Assembly (NCBI GenBank): GCA_032128115.1
Contig: JAQBHB010000040.1
Location: 1 to 64,000 of the forward strand
Length of the DNA: 64,000 bases
Direction: 5' to 3'
From: Deltaproteobacteria bacterium
Lineage (GTDB): Bacteria; Myxococcota_A; UBA9160; SMWR01
In this document: piece by piece, positions 32,822 to 42,657 of the stretch
How the letters are laid out: each line of letters starts with the position of its first letter
Numbering within the stretch: position 1 is the first letter of the stretch
Notes under the pieces: model-generated
Seen by the model: the letters and a program-made list of their open reading frames with translations, nothing else
The model's database searches: none
Told to the model about the DNA's origin: nothing
Position numbers and translations under genes: made by a program

Positions 32822-34017
32822 TCCTCGAGCACGGCGGCGAGTGCCTCGGGCGAGTTCAGGGACGGGTCTTCTACGACCCGGTCGGTGAGGTAGGTCAGGG
32901 CGTGTCCCACCTGGGCTCCCGGCGGGCAGCCCAATTGCTTCATGACATCGTGACCACTCACGGCCAGGTCCAGACGTTGGAGCGCCAGCTGACCGTGGGC
33001 CAGCACGCGTTCGATCGTCTGCACCAGCTCGCCCAGGCGCTCGCGCGCCTGGCTCGCGTCGGGTTGGCGCGAAGCGTCGCCGTGGCGAAGCTCGGCGTTG
33101 CGCAGGGCCAGCATCCCCGACATCAGGTCTTCGCCGGCGCGCTTGATCAGGCGTCGCACGTCTCCGTCGTGGCCCACGTCCACGTCTGCATCGATCGGGT
33201 GCATCTGGACCATCCGGTCCACCCGCTCACTCAGCCGCTTGGGGAAGCGCCGACGGCGCAGAAGGCCCGCGGCACGGGTTCCCCGCAGCCAGCCCGCCAG
33301 GCGAAGCTCCAGGTTCCACGGCAGCGCGGGGACGACGGCCACAGCGTCCGCCGGTGCGTCGGGCGCCAGGTCGGCTTCGATGCCCGTTCGTCGCAACAGT
33401 GCCAGGGCCTCCCCGACATCGGACCCCAGAAGCAGGCTGCTGAGTTCGCGGCGGATCCGCTCCGCGGCCACGCCTCCGAGTCCCGAGCGGGCCCCGACCA
33501 TGGCCTTCTCGACGTCCGCGTCGGCGGCCAGGCCCAGGGTCGAAACCAGGCGGGCGCCCCGGAGGGCTCGCAGCGGATCTTCGGCGAAGCGATCGGCGGC
33601 GGACCCGACGGCGCGCAGCCTGCCCTTGGACAGGTCCGAGCGGCCCTCGAACGGATCGAACAGCAGGCACTCGCGCACGTCGTAGGCCATCGCGTTCACC
33701 GTGAAGTCGCGGTGAGCCAGGTCGTCTTCGATGCGGGATCCGCTGCGAAAGTGCGTCACGTCCACGGGGCCCCCGGGCGTGGGCACCATGACGGTTCCGT
33801 GTTGCAGGCCGATGGGAATCGCGTTGGGAAACAGCGACAGCAACGACTCGGTGGGCGCAGACGTGGCCAGATCAAAATCCGAAACGGAGCGGCCCTGGAT
33901 CAGGTCACGGACGCATCCGCCCACCAGGTAGATCTGGTGGTCGGCAGCCGCCAGGATCTCGACGAGCGCTCGCACCGCTGCCGGAATCGGCGAGAGTTCG
34001 CAGGGAATCGGCTCCAC
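32797..34017 (-). CDS. cca: CCA tRNA nucleotidyltransferase / poly(A) polymerase family
   Basis: YLVGGCVRD, DFDLAT, DLAHRDFTVNAMA, RFAEDPLRALR, ERIRREL. Confidence 0.9.
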   Translation of the reverse strand: MEPIPCELSPIPAAVRALVEILAAADHQIYLVGGCVRDLIQGRSVSDFDLATSAPTESLLSLFPNAIPIGLQHGTVMVPTPGGPVDVTHFRSGSRIEDDLAHRDFTVNAMAYDVRECLLFDPFEGRSDLSKGRLRAVGSAADRFAEDPLRALRGARLVSTLGLAADADVEKAMVGARSGLGGVAAERIRRELSSLLLGSDVGEALALLRRTGIEADLAPDAPADAVAVVPALPWNLELRLAGWLRGTRAAGLLRRRRFPKRLSERVDRMVQMHPIDADVDVGHDGDVRRLIKRAGEDLMSGMLALRNAELRHGDASRQPDASQARERLGELVQTIERVLAHGQLALQRLDLAVSGHDVMKQLGCPPGAQVGHALTYLTDRVVEDPSLNSPEALAAVLEEWASRRLA

Positions 34018-34210
34018 CCGGAGAGTCTACACCGTTGCCGGCCGGCGCTCCGGGTCGCAATCGGTGGGGTATGCTGAAATCCGGATGCCGCCGGCTGGGT
34101 CTGCCCGCTGGCGCTTCCGGAGCGGGAGCGTCGTGAATTCGAACCTGCCGGTGCCGATCTCTCGGGTCTTTGGCTCCAACCCGGGGCTGCAGCGGTTTCT
34201 TCCCAGACCG

Positions 34211-35035
34211 ATGCGCTCGATGCTGCGGGAGCTGGAGGAGCGCATCGCGCGAATTCCCACGCGCCTGAACGAGTTCGGCTACGACCCGTTTGGCTTCGAT
34301 CCCGAATACGCGCGGCCCCTGCTGCTGCTGATGATGCTGGTCTACCGCCACTGGTTCCGGGTGGAGACGACGGGCGTGGAGAAAGTTCCCGAGGGACGCG
34401 TGTTGCTGATCGCCAACCACGCGGGCAATACCTTCGCCTGGGATGGGGCGATGCTGGCCATGTCGCTTCTACTCGATCACGAGCCGCCGCGCATGGTGCG
34501 GGGCATGGGTGAGTTCTATCTGACGAAGATCCCGTTCTTCAACGTCTTCATGCACCGGGTGGGCTCGGTGGTGGGAACGCCCGAGAACTGCGCCTACCTG
34601 CTGGAGCGCGAAGAGGCGATCATGGCGTTTCCCGAGGGCCAGCGCGGCTTCGTGAAGACCTGGCGTCAGCGATACCAGTTACAGCGCTTCGGCATGGGCT
34701 TCATGCGGCTCGCCATGGAGACCGAAACGCCGATCGTGCCGGTGGGCATCGTGGGGGGCGAGGAACAATCGCCGGGCCTGGCGAACGTGCGCCCGTTGGG
34801 GAAGCTGATCGGAGCCCCCGCGTTTCCCATCACCCTGGGCTTTCCCCTGTTGGGGCCTGCGGGTTTCCTGCCACTTCCCGTGAAGTATCGCCTGCACTAC
34901 GGCGAGCCCCTGCACTTCCAGGGCGACCCCAGCGAGGACGACGCCACGGTGGAGAAGAAAGTGGAGGCGGTGAAGCAGGCCATCCGTGGCCTGATCGACG
35001 AGGCCCGCCGGGCCCGCAAGGGGTGGTTCTCCTAG
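34211..35035 (+). CDS. Lysophospholipid/glycerol acyltransferase family protein
   Basis: NEFGYDPFG, ANHAG..WDG, FPEG, PIVPVGIVGGEEQ. Start may be further upstream. Confidence 0.88.
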   Translation: MRSMLRELEERIARIPTRLNEFGYDPFGFDPEYARPLLLLMMLVYRHWFRVETTGVEKVPEGRVLLIANHAGNTFAWDGAMLAMSLLLDHEPPRMVRGMGEFYLTKIPFFNVFMHRVGSVVGTPENCAYLLEREEAIMAFPEGQRGFVKTWRQRYQLQRFGMGFMRLAMETETPIVPVGIVGGEEQSPGLANVRPLGKLIGAPAFPITLGFPLLGPAGFLPLPVKYRLHYGEPLHFQGDPSEDDATVEKKVEAVKQAIRGLIDEARRARKGWFS

Positions 35036-35086
35036 CGCCTGCATGTGGCTTCAGCCGGGGCGCTGTCGGGCCGATGTGTGGGGAGC

Positions 35087-35326
35087 ATGGTCCGCCGCTT
35101 GCTTCTGTCTGTCAGTGCCCTCGGGCTTTCCGGCTGCCTGCTTCCCACCCATGGGACGCCGGTCTTCGTGGACCTGCGGGCCGGGGAGTTCTGGTCCGGA
35201 CGAGGCGTGCTCACCGAGGTTTCCGAGGACCAATCGCGCTGCCGGGTCTCGGTACGCGACCGCGCGCTGGTGGTCAAGGACTTCTGGGTCGACTGCGCCT
35301 GGATCCACCCGCGCCACAGCCGCTGA
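35087..35326 (+). CDS. Small hypothetical lipoprotein
   Basis: MVRRLLLSVSALGLSGC lipobox, GGGGAG RBS, Cys pair. Confidence 0.65.
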   Translation: MVRRLLLSVSALGLSGCLLPTHGTPVFVDLRAGEFWSGRGVLTEVSEDQSRCRVSVRDRALVVKDFWVDCAWIHPRHSR

Positions 35327-35342
35327 AATCCCCCGCGTCCGA

Positions 35343-36704
35343 TCAGTCCAGATAGCCCAGGGCCCGCAGCTGCTCGCGCTGCTCGTCATCCACGCCCGAC
35401 ACGGATCCCGGTGTGCTCTGGTGGGGCGATTGCTCCATCCGTGTCCAGTGGTCGCGCAGGATCTTCGCGAGCCGTTGGTCCCGCGCCAGATCGCTTCCGG
35501 CCAGGTCCTTCTGCTCGCTGGGGTCGGCGCGCCAGTCGAAGATCTGGAGCTTGCCGGAGCGACGGTCCGCCACGGCGTGGAGGTCGCCCACGATGGCACT
35601 CCCGATCGCGGGCCCGGTCATGAGCTCGCTGAACCGGGTGCGATCCCCTGGCGCGGCTCGCTCGCCGCGCATCCACTCCAGCACCGATTCGCCCTCGGTG
35701 GGTGGAGCCGGGACGCCTAGCAGATCCAGCAGCGTGGGCATCACGTCGGCGAGCCCCACGGGTTCGGTCACCACCCTGGGTTCCAGGCCCGGGCCCGCGA
35801 CGATCCAGGGAATGCGGAGCGTTTCGATGAAGAGCGTCTGGTGCCCGATGCTTCCGTGCTCCAGGAACTCCTCGCCGTGGTCCGAGACCACGACCACGAA
35901 ACTGCGCTCCAGCACGCCGGTCTTCGCAAGATCTGCGAAGAACGCCTTCAGCAGGTCGTCCGCGTAACGGATGCCCGCGTCGTAGCGGTCCGACAGGAAG
36001 CGGGCCTGCCCCTCGTTGAGCGACATGGCGTTGTAGTCCGGGTTGCCGCAGCGGCCCCGGGTTTCCAGATGGTCCTCGGCGGGGCGCGAGTCGAAGCGCG
36101 TGGCGTGGCTGTCCGGGGGATCGTACGGGCAGTGCAGGTCGAAGGTATGGAGGAAGGCGAAGAAGGGCTCCTCGGGATCCAGCCGCGAGATGCGACGCGC
36201 CGCCGATTTGAGCGCTGCGGCCAGACCCAGGGGCGATTGCTCGCCGGTCTGGGCGTTCTCGGAGGCACTGACGTAGTTCTCGAAGCCGCGCCCGAATCCG
36301 AAGTTGGGCGCCACGTAGAGCCCACCGGTGAAGGCGAAGGTGCGGTAGCCGGCGTCGCGCAACACCTCGGTCAGCGTGGGCACTTCCTCCGAGAGCATGC
36401 GGTCGTGACTCGTGACCCCGTGAAGGGTTGGCGGCAGACCGGTGAACAGGGTCATGTGGGAGGGAAGGGTCCAGCTCGACTCGGCGATCACGGTGTCGAA
36501 GCGCACGCCCCGCGCGGCCAGGGCGTCCAGTGCGGGGCTCGTGTCCCGGTCGTATCCGTAGGCGCCGAGACGATCGGCGCGCAGGGTATCCAGGGAGATC
36601 AGGATCAGGCTGTGCGGGGTCGAGGGCCGGCCTCCACTGCAGGCGAGCGCAAGCACGACGGCGCCGGCGGCAAACAGGGCCGCGGCCCCGTGGCGGATCA
36701 GCAT
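35343..36704 (-). CDS. Sulfatase-like protein (WTLPSH type), probable lipoprotein
   Basis: ISLDTLRAD, SSWTLPSHMTLFTG, SDHGEEF, C-terminal EQLRALGYLD. Confidence 0.88.
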   Translation of the reverse strand: MLIRHGAAALFAAGAVVLALACSGGRPSTPHSLILISLDTLRADRLGAYGYDRDTSPALDALAARGVRFDTVIAESSWTLPSHMTLFTGLPPTLHGVTSHDRMLSEEVPTLTEVLRDAGYRTFAFTGGLYVAPNFGFGRGFENYVSASENAQTGEQSPLGLAAALKSAARRISRLDPEEPFFAFLHTFDLHCPYDPPDSHATRFDSRPAEDHLETRGRCGNPDYNAMSLNEGQARFLSDRYDAGIRYADDLLKAFFADLAKTGVLERSFVVVVSDHGEEFLEHGSIGHQTLFIETLRIPWIVAGPGLEPRVVTEPVGLADVMPTLLDLLGVPAPPTEGESVLEWMRGERAAPGDRTRFSELMTGPAIGSAIVGDLHAVADRRSGKLQIFDWRADPSEQKDLAGSDLARDQRLAKILRDHWTRMEQSPHQSTPGSVSGVDDEQREQLRALGYLD

Positions 36705-36805
36705 TCGATGCAAGCGATTCTCCCGGTCGGCCCGAGAAGGTATCACCCGCATCCTGGGGCGGCGCACGGGGTGAATGGGTCCTGTGATACCCTGCTGCGT
36801 CCACC

Positions 36806-39103
36806 GTGTCCGACCGAGGTGACGTGCAGGGCCCCGTGTGGCGGCGTTGGGCCATTCCAGCGCTGGGTCTCATCGCGTTGGTCGGCGGCTTCCTGGCAGA
36901 GCGGATCCTGTGGCCGGCCGACGCCGTCGGCGACAACAGCTTCGATCTGCGCTTCCAGTACTTTCCACTCTACGAGATCACCTTCGACGCCCTGGCAGCG
37001 GGTCGGCTCCCGACCTGGAATCCCTTCCATCTCACCGGCGTGCCCTGGTTGGCGACCCTGCAGGCGGGAACCTTCTACCCGCCCCATCTCCTGTACCTGT
37101 GGCTTCCCACCGGCATCGGCCTGGCCCTGAATCACGCCCTGCACCTGGCGTGGATTGCTGCGACCACGGCAGCCTTTGCCCGGCGAGTCGGTTTGGCGCC
37201 CGCGGCCGCCGGCCTGGCGGCCGTCCTCTTCACGCTGAGCGGAACGCTCCAGTGGTGGCTCTTCTGGCCCAACATGCTGGAGGCCGGCGCATGGCTTCCC
37301 CTGGGCTGCATTGGCGTGGTCGGGCTCGCGCGCGGCGAGGGGCTGCGCTCGCTGTGTCTGCTGACGGCGGCCACGGGCATGAGTCTGCTGGCGGGGCACC
37401 CCCAGGTGACGACGTTCGTATTCTACGCCTGGGCCACGCTGTTCTTCGCGCTTCGGGTGGGCGGGGTGGGCGGCACCGGCAACAGCGCGCGCGGGGCCGC
37501 GTTGTTCGCCGGCGCGCTCGGGCTCGGCCTGCTGGTGGCTGCGGTGCAGATGCTTCCCACCCTGGAGTTCATCCGCGAGGGCACCCGGGCCGCGGGCGGA
37601 CTTGGCCCCGAGGCCGCCAGGGCATTGGGGGCCCCCCGTTTCGAGTTCGTACACCAGGTGATCGCGGGCACGCGGCTCTCGTTCGGCGCCGTGGTACTGG
37701 CGCTGGCGCCGGCCGCCCTGTTCGTGCGCTCCCAGCGCCGTCTCGCCGTCTGGTCGCTGGCGTTGGCCGGGGTTTCGGCGGCCCTCGCCCTGGGCTCGTC
37801 CACGTGGTTGTTGGACGTGTACCTGGCGCTCCCGGGAATCGGGTGGTTTCGCCAGACCCACCGGCTGCTGTTCCTCTCCCAGTTCGCCGGAGCCGTGGCG
37901 TGTGGGATCGCATTTGACGGTCTGCTGCGCCGGGATTGTCGGCCGGCGCTTCCGGTGGCGATCGCGGGCCTGCTGTCGGCCATCTCGTGGTTGGGCGGTG
38001 CCACGGGGGCTGCGATTGCGGCAGCCGCGGCGGGTCTGGCCCTGGCCCTGTGGTGGGGGCGGCCGCGGATCCCCGTGCGCATGGCGTCCGCGTTGCTGTT
38101 GGGGGTGGCGGCAATCGATCTCATGGTCTCGCTGCCACTGCGCGAGCCGCTTCCGTACGGGGCTCGATGGGCCGCCCGGTACGATCGGGACACGGCGGTG
38201 TACGAGCACGTGGCCGCGCTGGTCGGGTCCGACCGCGCGGTGTGGCTGCTGCATCGGGACCAGGGCGTGAAGCTGGCCGAGCGATACGGCGTGCGACGTG
38301 TCGGCGGCTTCGAGGCCTTCAGTTTCGAGCGCCAGGAGCAGTATTTCCGCTACCTGCAGTACGCGATCCCGGGGTCCCCCATGCCGGGACTGTTCTTCTC
38401 TGGTGGCGTGCTGCTACCCCGCGACCCGGCCGGAGAATCGCCGGTGGCGTGGTACCAGGGGATTGCGTCGCGCCGGCGGTTGCTCGATCTGGCCGCCGCC
38501 CGATGGTTCGTGGTGCCGGTTCGCCTGTCCCTCGACGAGGCCGACGCGGGCCGCAGTTTCCTGGTCGACGCGAAGCTCCGCCGCCACGGTCCGGCCGGCG
38601 ACGATTTCACGGTCTACGAGAACCCGGCCGCGCTGCCCCGGGCCTTCGTGACGTATCGCGCGGCGCCGGCGCCGGATGCCGACGCGCTGCTTGCGCGGCT
38701 CAGCCGTCCGGATTTCGATCCACTGTGGCAGAGCTACGTGCAGGGCGACCCGGGCTTCGACGCGCACCCGGGTGCGCCAGCGCGTGGGCACCCCGCGGCG
38801 ATCGTGCGGGATGACGCAGACGCCGTTGAGATCGAGGCCGATCTGGCGGCCCCCGGGCTGGTGGTGCTGGCGGACGCCTACGGCGGAGGCTGGCGGGCGC
38901 AGGTGGACGGCGAGGACGCCACGATCGTGGCCACGAATCATCTCTTTCGCGGGGTGCGAGCCCCTGCCGGCCATCACCGGGTCCGCTTCGCGTACCGGGC
39001 GCCGGGCCTGGCGGCCGGGGCGGGGGCCTCGCTGCTTGGCATTGCAGCCCTGGTATTCCTGACCTGGCGCAGTATTGCCCCGGCTTCGCGGCCACACGCA
39101 TGA
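36806..39103 (+). CDS. YfhO-family membrane protein (GT-C-like)
   Basis: LPTWNPF..GVPWLA..QAGTFYP, LAGHPQ, YENPAALPRAF, LVVLADAYGGGWRAQVDG, FRGV..PAGHHRVRFAY. Confidence 0.88.
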   Translation: MSDRGDVQGPVWRRWAIPALGLIALVGGFLAERILWPADAVGDNSFDLRFQYFPLYEITFDALAAGRLPTWNPFHLTGVPWLATLQAGTFYPPHLLYLWLPTGIGLALNHALHLAWIAATTAAFARRVGLAPAAAGLAAVLFTLSGTLQWWLFWPNMLEAGAWLPLGCIGVVGLARGEGLRSLCLLTAATGMSLLAGHPQVTTFVFYAWATLFFALRVGGVGGTGNSARGAALFAGALGLGLLVAAVQMLPTLEFIREGTRAAGGLGPEAARALGAPRFEFVHQVIAGTRLSFGAVVLALAPAALFVRSQRRLAVWSLALAGVSAALALGSSTWLLDVYLALPGIGWFRQTHRLLFLSQFAGAVACGIAFDGLLRRDCRPALPVAIAGLLSAISWLGGATGAAIAAAAAGLALALWWGRPRIPVRMASALLLGVAAIDLMVSLPLREPLPYGARWAARYDRDTAVYEHVAALVGSDRAVWLLHRDQGVKLAERYGVRRVGGFEAFSFERQEQYFRYLQYAIPGSPMPGLFFSGGVLLPRDPAGESPVAWYQGIASRRRLLDLAAARWFVVPVRLSLDEADAGRSFLVDAKLRRHGPAGDDFTVYENPAALPRAFVTYRAAPAPDADALLARLSRPDFDPLWQSYVQGDPGFDAHPGAPARGHPAAIVRDDADAVEIEADLAAPGLVVLADAYGGGWRAQVDGEDATIVATNHLFRGVRAPAGHHRVRFAYRAPGLAAGAGASLLGIAALVFLTWRSIAPASRPHA

Positions 39104-39897
39104 GCGAAGACGCCCCGCCCGAGCTTTCGGTGGTGATTCCCCTCTACAACGGGGCCGCGTTCGTGAAGGAGCGGTTGCACGTGTTGTGCGATGCACTCGA
39201 GAGCCACGGTCGCAGCTACGAGGTGATCGTGGTGGACGACGGCAGCAGCGACGACTCGGCCCGGCTCGTGCGCGAGGCGGGCCGGCCCCGGGTGCGCCTG
39301 CTGTCCATGCCAGGCAATCAGGGCAAGTTCGCGGCGCTGCAGGTCGGGATGGCCGAGTGCCGCGGGCGCTGCCATCTCTTTACGGACGCGGACGTACCCT
39401 ACGATCTGGAGGCGCTGCCGGTCATGGCTGCCAGCGTCCTGGACGCGGGCCATGACCTGGCCATCGGTGATCGCAACCTGCCGGGAAGCCGTTACTCGGA
39501 GAAACTCAACCCGGTGCGGGCACTGGCCACGAGGATTTTTACCCGGGTGGTGCGGGCGTTCCTGACGGAGGGACTTCCGGACACCCAGTGCGGGCTCAAG
39601 GCGTTTCGCGCCGATGCGGCCCGCGGCCTGTTTCCGATGCTTCGCGAGCGCGGGTTCGCAGGCGATGTGGAGCTGGTCTACCTGGCGGTCAAGTATCGGC
39701 TCTCGATCCAGCGGGTGCCGGTGCGGCTGGTGTTCCAGGGGCGTTCCAGCGTGCGTCCGCTTCGCGACGCGCTGTCCATGCTCAAGGCCATCGCGGCCCT
39801 GCCCCGGCGTTTCCGGGCCGGAGACTACGCATCCCGCGAGCTCGAGGCGTTGGGGGGGCAGGGGCGTGGCGCCGCCGATCAGTCGTTGCGCAGATAG
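39100..39897 (+). CDS. GT2 glycosyltransferase, polyprenol-phosphate sugar synthase-like
   Basis: LSVVIPLYN, VVDDGSSD, NQGK, FTDAD, DTQCGLKAF. ATGA overlap with the YfhO gene. Confidence 0.92.
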   Translation: MSEDAPPELSVVIPLYNGAAFVKERLHVLCDALESHGRSYEVIVVDDGSSDDSARLVREAGRPRVRLLSMPGNQGKFAALQVGMAECRGRCHLFTDADVPYDLEALPVMAASVLDAGHDLAIGDRNLPGSRYSEKLNPVRALATRIFTRVVRAFLTEGLPDTQCGLKAFRADAARGLFPMLRERGFAGDVELVYLAVKYRLSIQRVPVRLVFQGRSSVRPLRDALSMLKAIAALPRRFRAGDYASRELEALGGQGRGAADQSLRR

Positions 39898-41168
39898 CCC
39901 AGGGCCTTGAGCTCGGCTTCCAGCTCCGGCGTCACGCCATGGAAGTGGGCGTCGAAGACGTGGCCGTGGTCGCCCGCCGCCTCGCGCACCGCAGCTTCGG
40001 CTTCGCCGAAATCTTCGCCAAGGGACCGGATTTCGCGCGGGTCGCTCTCCAGATCAAAGACCCCGCGGCGGATGGGTTTCTCGCTGGCCACGTCGAAGAA
40101 CTCGATGTACTTGCGGCCGCGATAGACCACGCCGTCGCTGCGCGCGCCAAAGGCGGAATTTCGCGAGAAGATGGGCCGCTCCTCGGAAAGCGTCTTCTCG
40201 CCCCGGATTTCCGGCATCAGGCTGATGCCCGGGCTGTGAGCCAGGGCGGGCAGGTCCAGCCAGTCCAGCAGGGTGGGGGCTACGTCCACGTTGCTGCAGG
40301 AGCCCGGGATGCGCCGCGCCTGGGTGACCCAGGCGCTCGGGAGGATCGCGAACGGGATCCGGAGATTGTAGTCGTGCACGCTGTGCTTCTGCTTCCGCCA
40401 CTCGGGCCCGGAGCCCACCTGCACGTCGTTGCCCAGGGCGCGTCCGTGATCCGAGGTGACCACGAAGATCACGTTGCCTTCGTAGCGCTCCATGAAATAG
40501 CGGTAGAGAGCCGCCACATGACCATCGACGTAGCGGATCGCCTCCGGATAACTGCCGGGAAAGGGTGCGCCGTCCCACGGCCCGTGCACGTCGATGTAAT
40601 GCACGTAGGTGAACTCGGGCCGGTCATAGGGATGGGCGTCGAACCAGGACAGGATCGCTTCGTTCACCGAGTTCGCGAACATCCGCTCGGGAATCCAGAC
40701 ACGCTCGTGGCCCCGGAACGGCCCCTGGCTGCGCACGAACTGACCGTCGAAGTGATCGAACCCCTCGTGGAAGACGTTCCAGTCCAACAAGAACGAGTTG
40801 GTGACGAAGGCGGCCGTGGCATAGCCCGAGGCGCGCAGTCGCTTGTGGAGCAGCGGCACCTCCGGGTCGAACTGGGAGAGGATGTTGTCGGTGGCGTGGC
40901 CGTCAGCGCCGTGTTGCTGCGGGTAGAGCCCCGACATGAGGGAGATGACCGACGGATAGGTCCAGGGAGCCGCCGCTCGCATGCCCTCGAACACGATGCC
41001 GCGCTCGGCAAGGGCGTTCACCTGCTGCAGGTAGCGCTGGGAGGAATCCCAGCGCAGCTGGTCGATCAGGATCACGACCACATTGCCCACGGGCAGGCGC
41101 GCGCAGCCCGCCGCCGCGGCGGACAGGGCCAGGATCGCGAGCACCTGACGAAGTCTTCGAACTCTCAT
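39879..41168 (-). CDS. Sulfatase-like protein (WTYPS type), probable lipoprotein
   Basis: AAGC lipobox, ILIDQLRWD, APWTYPSVISLMSG, DVHGP, TSDHG, ELKALGYL. Confidence 0.85.
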   Translation of the reverse strand: MRVRRLRQVLAILALSAAAAGCARLPVGNVVVILIDQLRWDSSQRYLQQVNALAERGIVFEGMRAAAPWTYPSVISLMSGLYPQQHGADGHATDNILSQFDPEVPLLHKRLRASGYATAAFVTNSFLLDWNVFHEGFDHFDGQFVRSQGPFRGHERVWIPERMFANSVNEAILSWFDAHPYDRPEFTYVHYIDVHGPWDGAPFPGSYPEAIRYVDGHVAALYRYFMERYEGNVIFVVTSDHGRALGNDVQVGSGPEWRKQKHSVHDYNLRIPFAILPSAWVTQARRIPGSCSNVDVAPTLLDWLDLPALAHSPGISLMPEIRGEKTLSEERPIFSRNSAFGARSDGVVYRGRKYIEFFDVASEKPIRRGVFDLESDPREIRSLGEDFGEAEAAVREAAGDHGHVFDAHFHGVTPELEAELKALGYLRND

Positions 41169-41212
41169 GACTGGAAGCGGCGAGAATAGCCGACGCCGCG
41201 GCCGCGGAAGCC

Positions 41213-41866
41213 CTAGAGGTCCTTCCAGGCGCGCTGGCCGTAGCGGTCCACGGACACCACCTCTTCCACCGGTCTGCGCGTGGTGGGGCCGTAGCGGCCC
41301 CGGGGCCAGCCCAATGGAACCACCGCGCACGGCATCACGTTCCAGGGGCAACCCAGGATGCGGCGCGCCGCGAAGCTGCTCCACAGGGGCAGGGTGATCA
41401 GGGCCGCGCCCAGCCCGGCGGCGCGGGCTGCAAGCAACAGGTTCTGGATCGAGGGATAGATCGACCCGTAGTAGCTCGACGCCATGATGGGCGGGAAGGG
41501 CAGGCGAACGCCCTTCAAGCACGCCACGACCAGAACCGGAGTCTCGGCGAAGTGGTCCGCCTGCCATTGCACCGCGTTCAGCAGCTTCAGCATCTTCGGG
41601 TCGTTGCGGGCCATGCGGCGGCCCAGGCCGCCGTAGAGGCGCCAGGCCCGCCGGTTCTGGCGGCCGAGCTTCGCCTTCACCTCCGGATCGCGCACCACGA
41701 TGAACTCCCAGTTCTGGGCGTTCGACCCGGTGGGCGCCTTCAGCGCCAGCTCGATCAGGCGCCGCACCAGGACGTCCTCCACGGGATCGGGCTTCAGGCG
41801 ACGGATGGCCCGCTGCGTGCGCATGGCCTCTTCGAGGGGCATCGTGAGCGGATCGATCTCTCCCAT
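41213..41866 (-). CDS. Nitroreductase family protein
   Basis: RTQRAIRR, APTGSNAQNWEF, QNLLLAARAAGLG. Confidence 0.92.
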   Translation of the reverse strand: MGEIDPLTMPLEEAMRTQRAIRRLKPDPVEDVLVRRLIELALKAPTGSNAQNWEFIVVRDPEVKAKLGRQNRRAWRLYGGLGRRMARNDPKMLKLLNAVQWQADHFAETPVLVVACLKGVRLPFPPIMASSYYGSIYPSIQNLLLAARAAGLGAALITLPLWSSFAARRILGCPWNVMPCAVVPLGWPRGRYGPTTRRPVEEVVSVDRYGQRAWKDL

Positions 41867-41948
41867 GGAGTTCCTCCCTGTGGCCGCCATGGTACCCGTC
41901 GCGGCCCCCCAGCGGGGGAGTCGGTCCGGCGGGCCTTGCCCGACGGGT

Positions 41949-41983
41949 TATACATTTGTACAATCAAATTGGTCGAACGTATA
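41949..41983. promoter_or_regulatory. Putative TetR operator / divergent promoter (imperfect inverted repeat)
   Basis: TATACATTTGTACAAT-CAA-ATTGGTCGAACGTATA, arms match at 12/16. AT-rich island between the nitroreductase and tetR genes. Confidence 0.7.
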
Positions 41984-41993
41984 GGGGGCGCGA

Positions 41994-42644
41994 ATGGCAC
42001 GAATGGCGCGAGCGGCGGCGGCAGCGTCAGCGGCAGCGGAAGTGGGTGGGGAGAGCCGGGAACGGATCCTGGTGGCGGCCCTGGAGAGCTTCTCCCAGAA
42101 CGGCTTCGACGGCGCCACGGTTCGCGAGATCGCCGCGCGGGCCGACGTGACCCTGGGCCTCCTCCAGTACTACTTCGGCGACAAGCTGGGCCTCTGGCGA
42201 GCCTCGGTGGATCGAGCCTTCGGCGAGCTGGAAGGCGGGCTCCGCGCGGTGCTCGAGGATGGGTCCGCGGCCGACGACGGGGAGCGCATGCGGCTGCTGA
42301 TCCGCGGCCAGGTGGCGTTCGTGGCCCGCCACCCCGAGTTCGTTCGTTTGATGCATGATGAGGGCAAGCGGCGGGGGCCTCGAATGCGCTGGTTGGTGGA
42401 CCGACACGTGAAGCCGCTGCATCGCGCGCTGCTGGGTCTGATCCGGAGTGCCCAGGAGGGAGGCTTCCTGCCCGCTGGCCTGTCGACCCTGCACCTGGCC
42501 TACATCCTGGTGGGCTCGATCGATGTCATCTTCCATCAGGCTGAGGAGTGCAAGCGGCTCACGGGTATCGACCCCACGGACGAGGCCGAGGTCGAAGCCC
42601 ACGCACGCGCCGTCGAGCACCTGTTCCTGGGCCCACCGCAATGA
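41994..42644 (+). CDS. TetR/AcrR family transcriptional regulator
   Basis: RERILVAALESFSQNGFDGATVREIAARADVTLGLLQYYFGDK. Confidence 0.95.
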   Translation: MARMARAAAAASAAAEVGGESRERILVAALESFSQNGFDGATVREIAARADVTLGLLQYYFGDKLGLWRASVDRAFGELEGGLRAVLEDGSAADDGERMRLLIRGQVAFVARHPEFVRLMHDEGKRRGPRMRWLVDRHVKPLHRALLGLIRSAQEGGFLPAGLSTLHLAYILVGSIDVIFHQAEECKRLTGIDPTDEAEVEAHARAVEHLFLGPPQ

Positions 42645-42657
42645 GGAGAACCCCCGA

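Noticed and set aside
34020..34210. tRNA or structured RNA next to cca (contains TTCGAAC)
   Set aside because: I could not build a cloverleaf or acceptor stem. The region is open in the acyltransferase frame and may be coding or promoter sequence.
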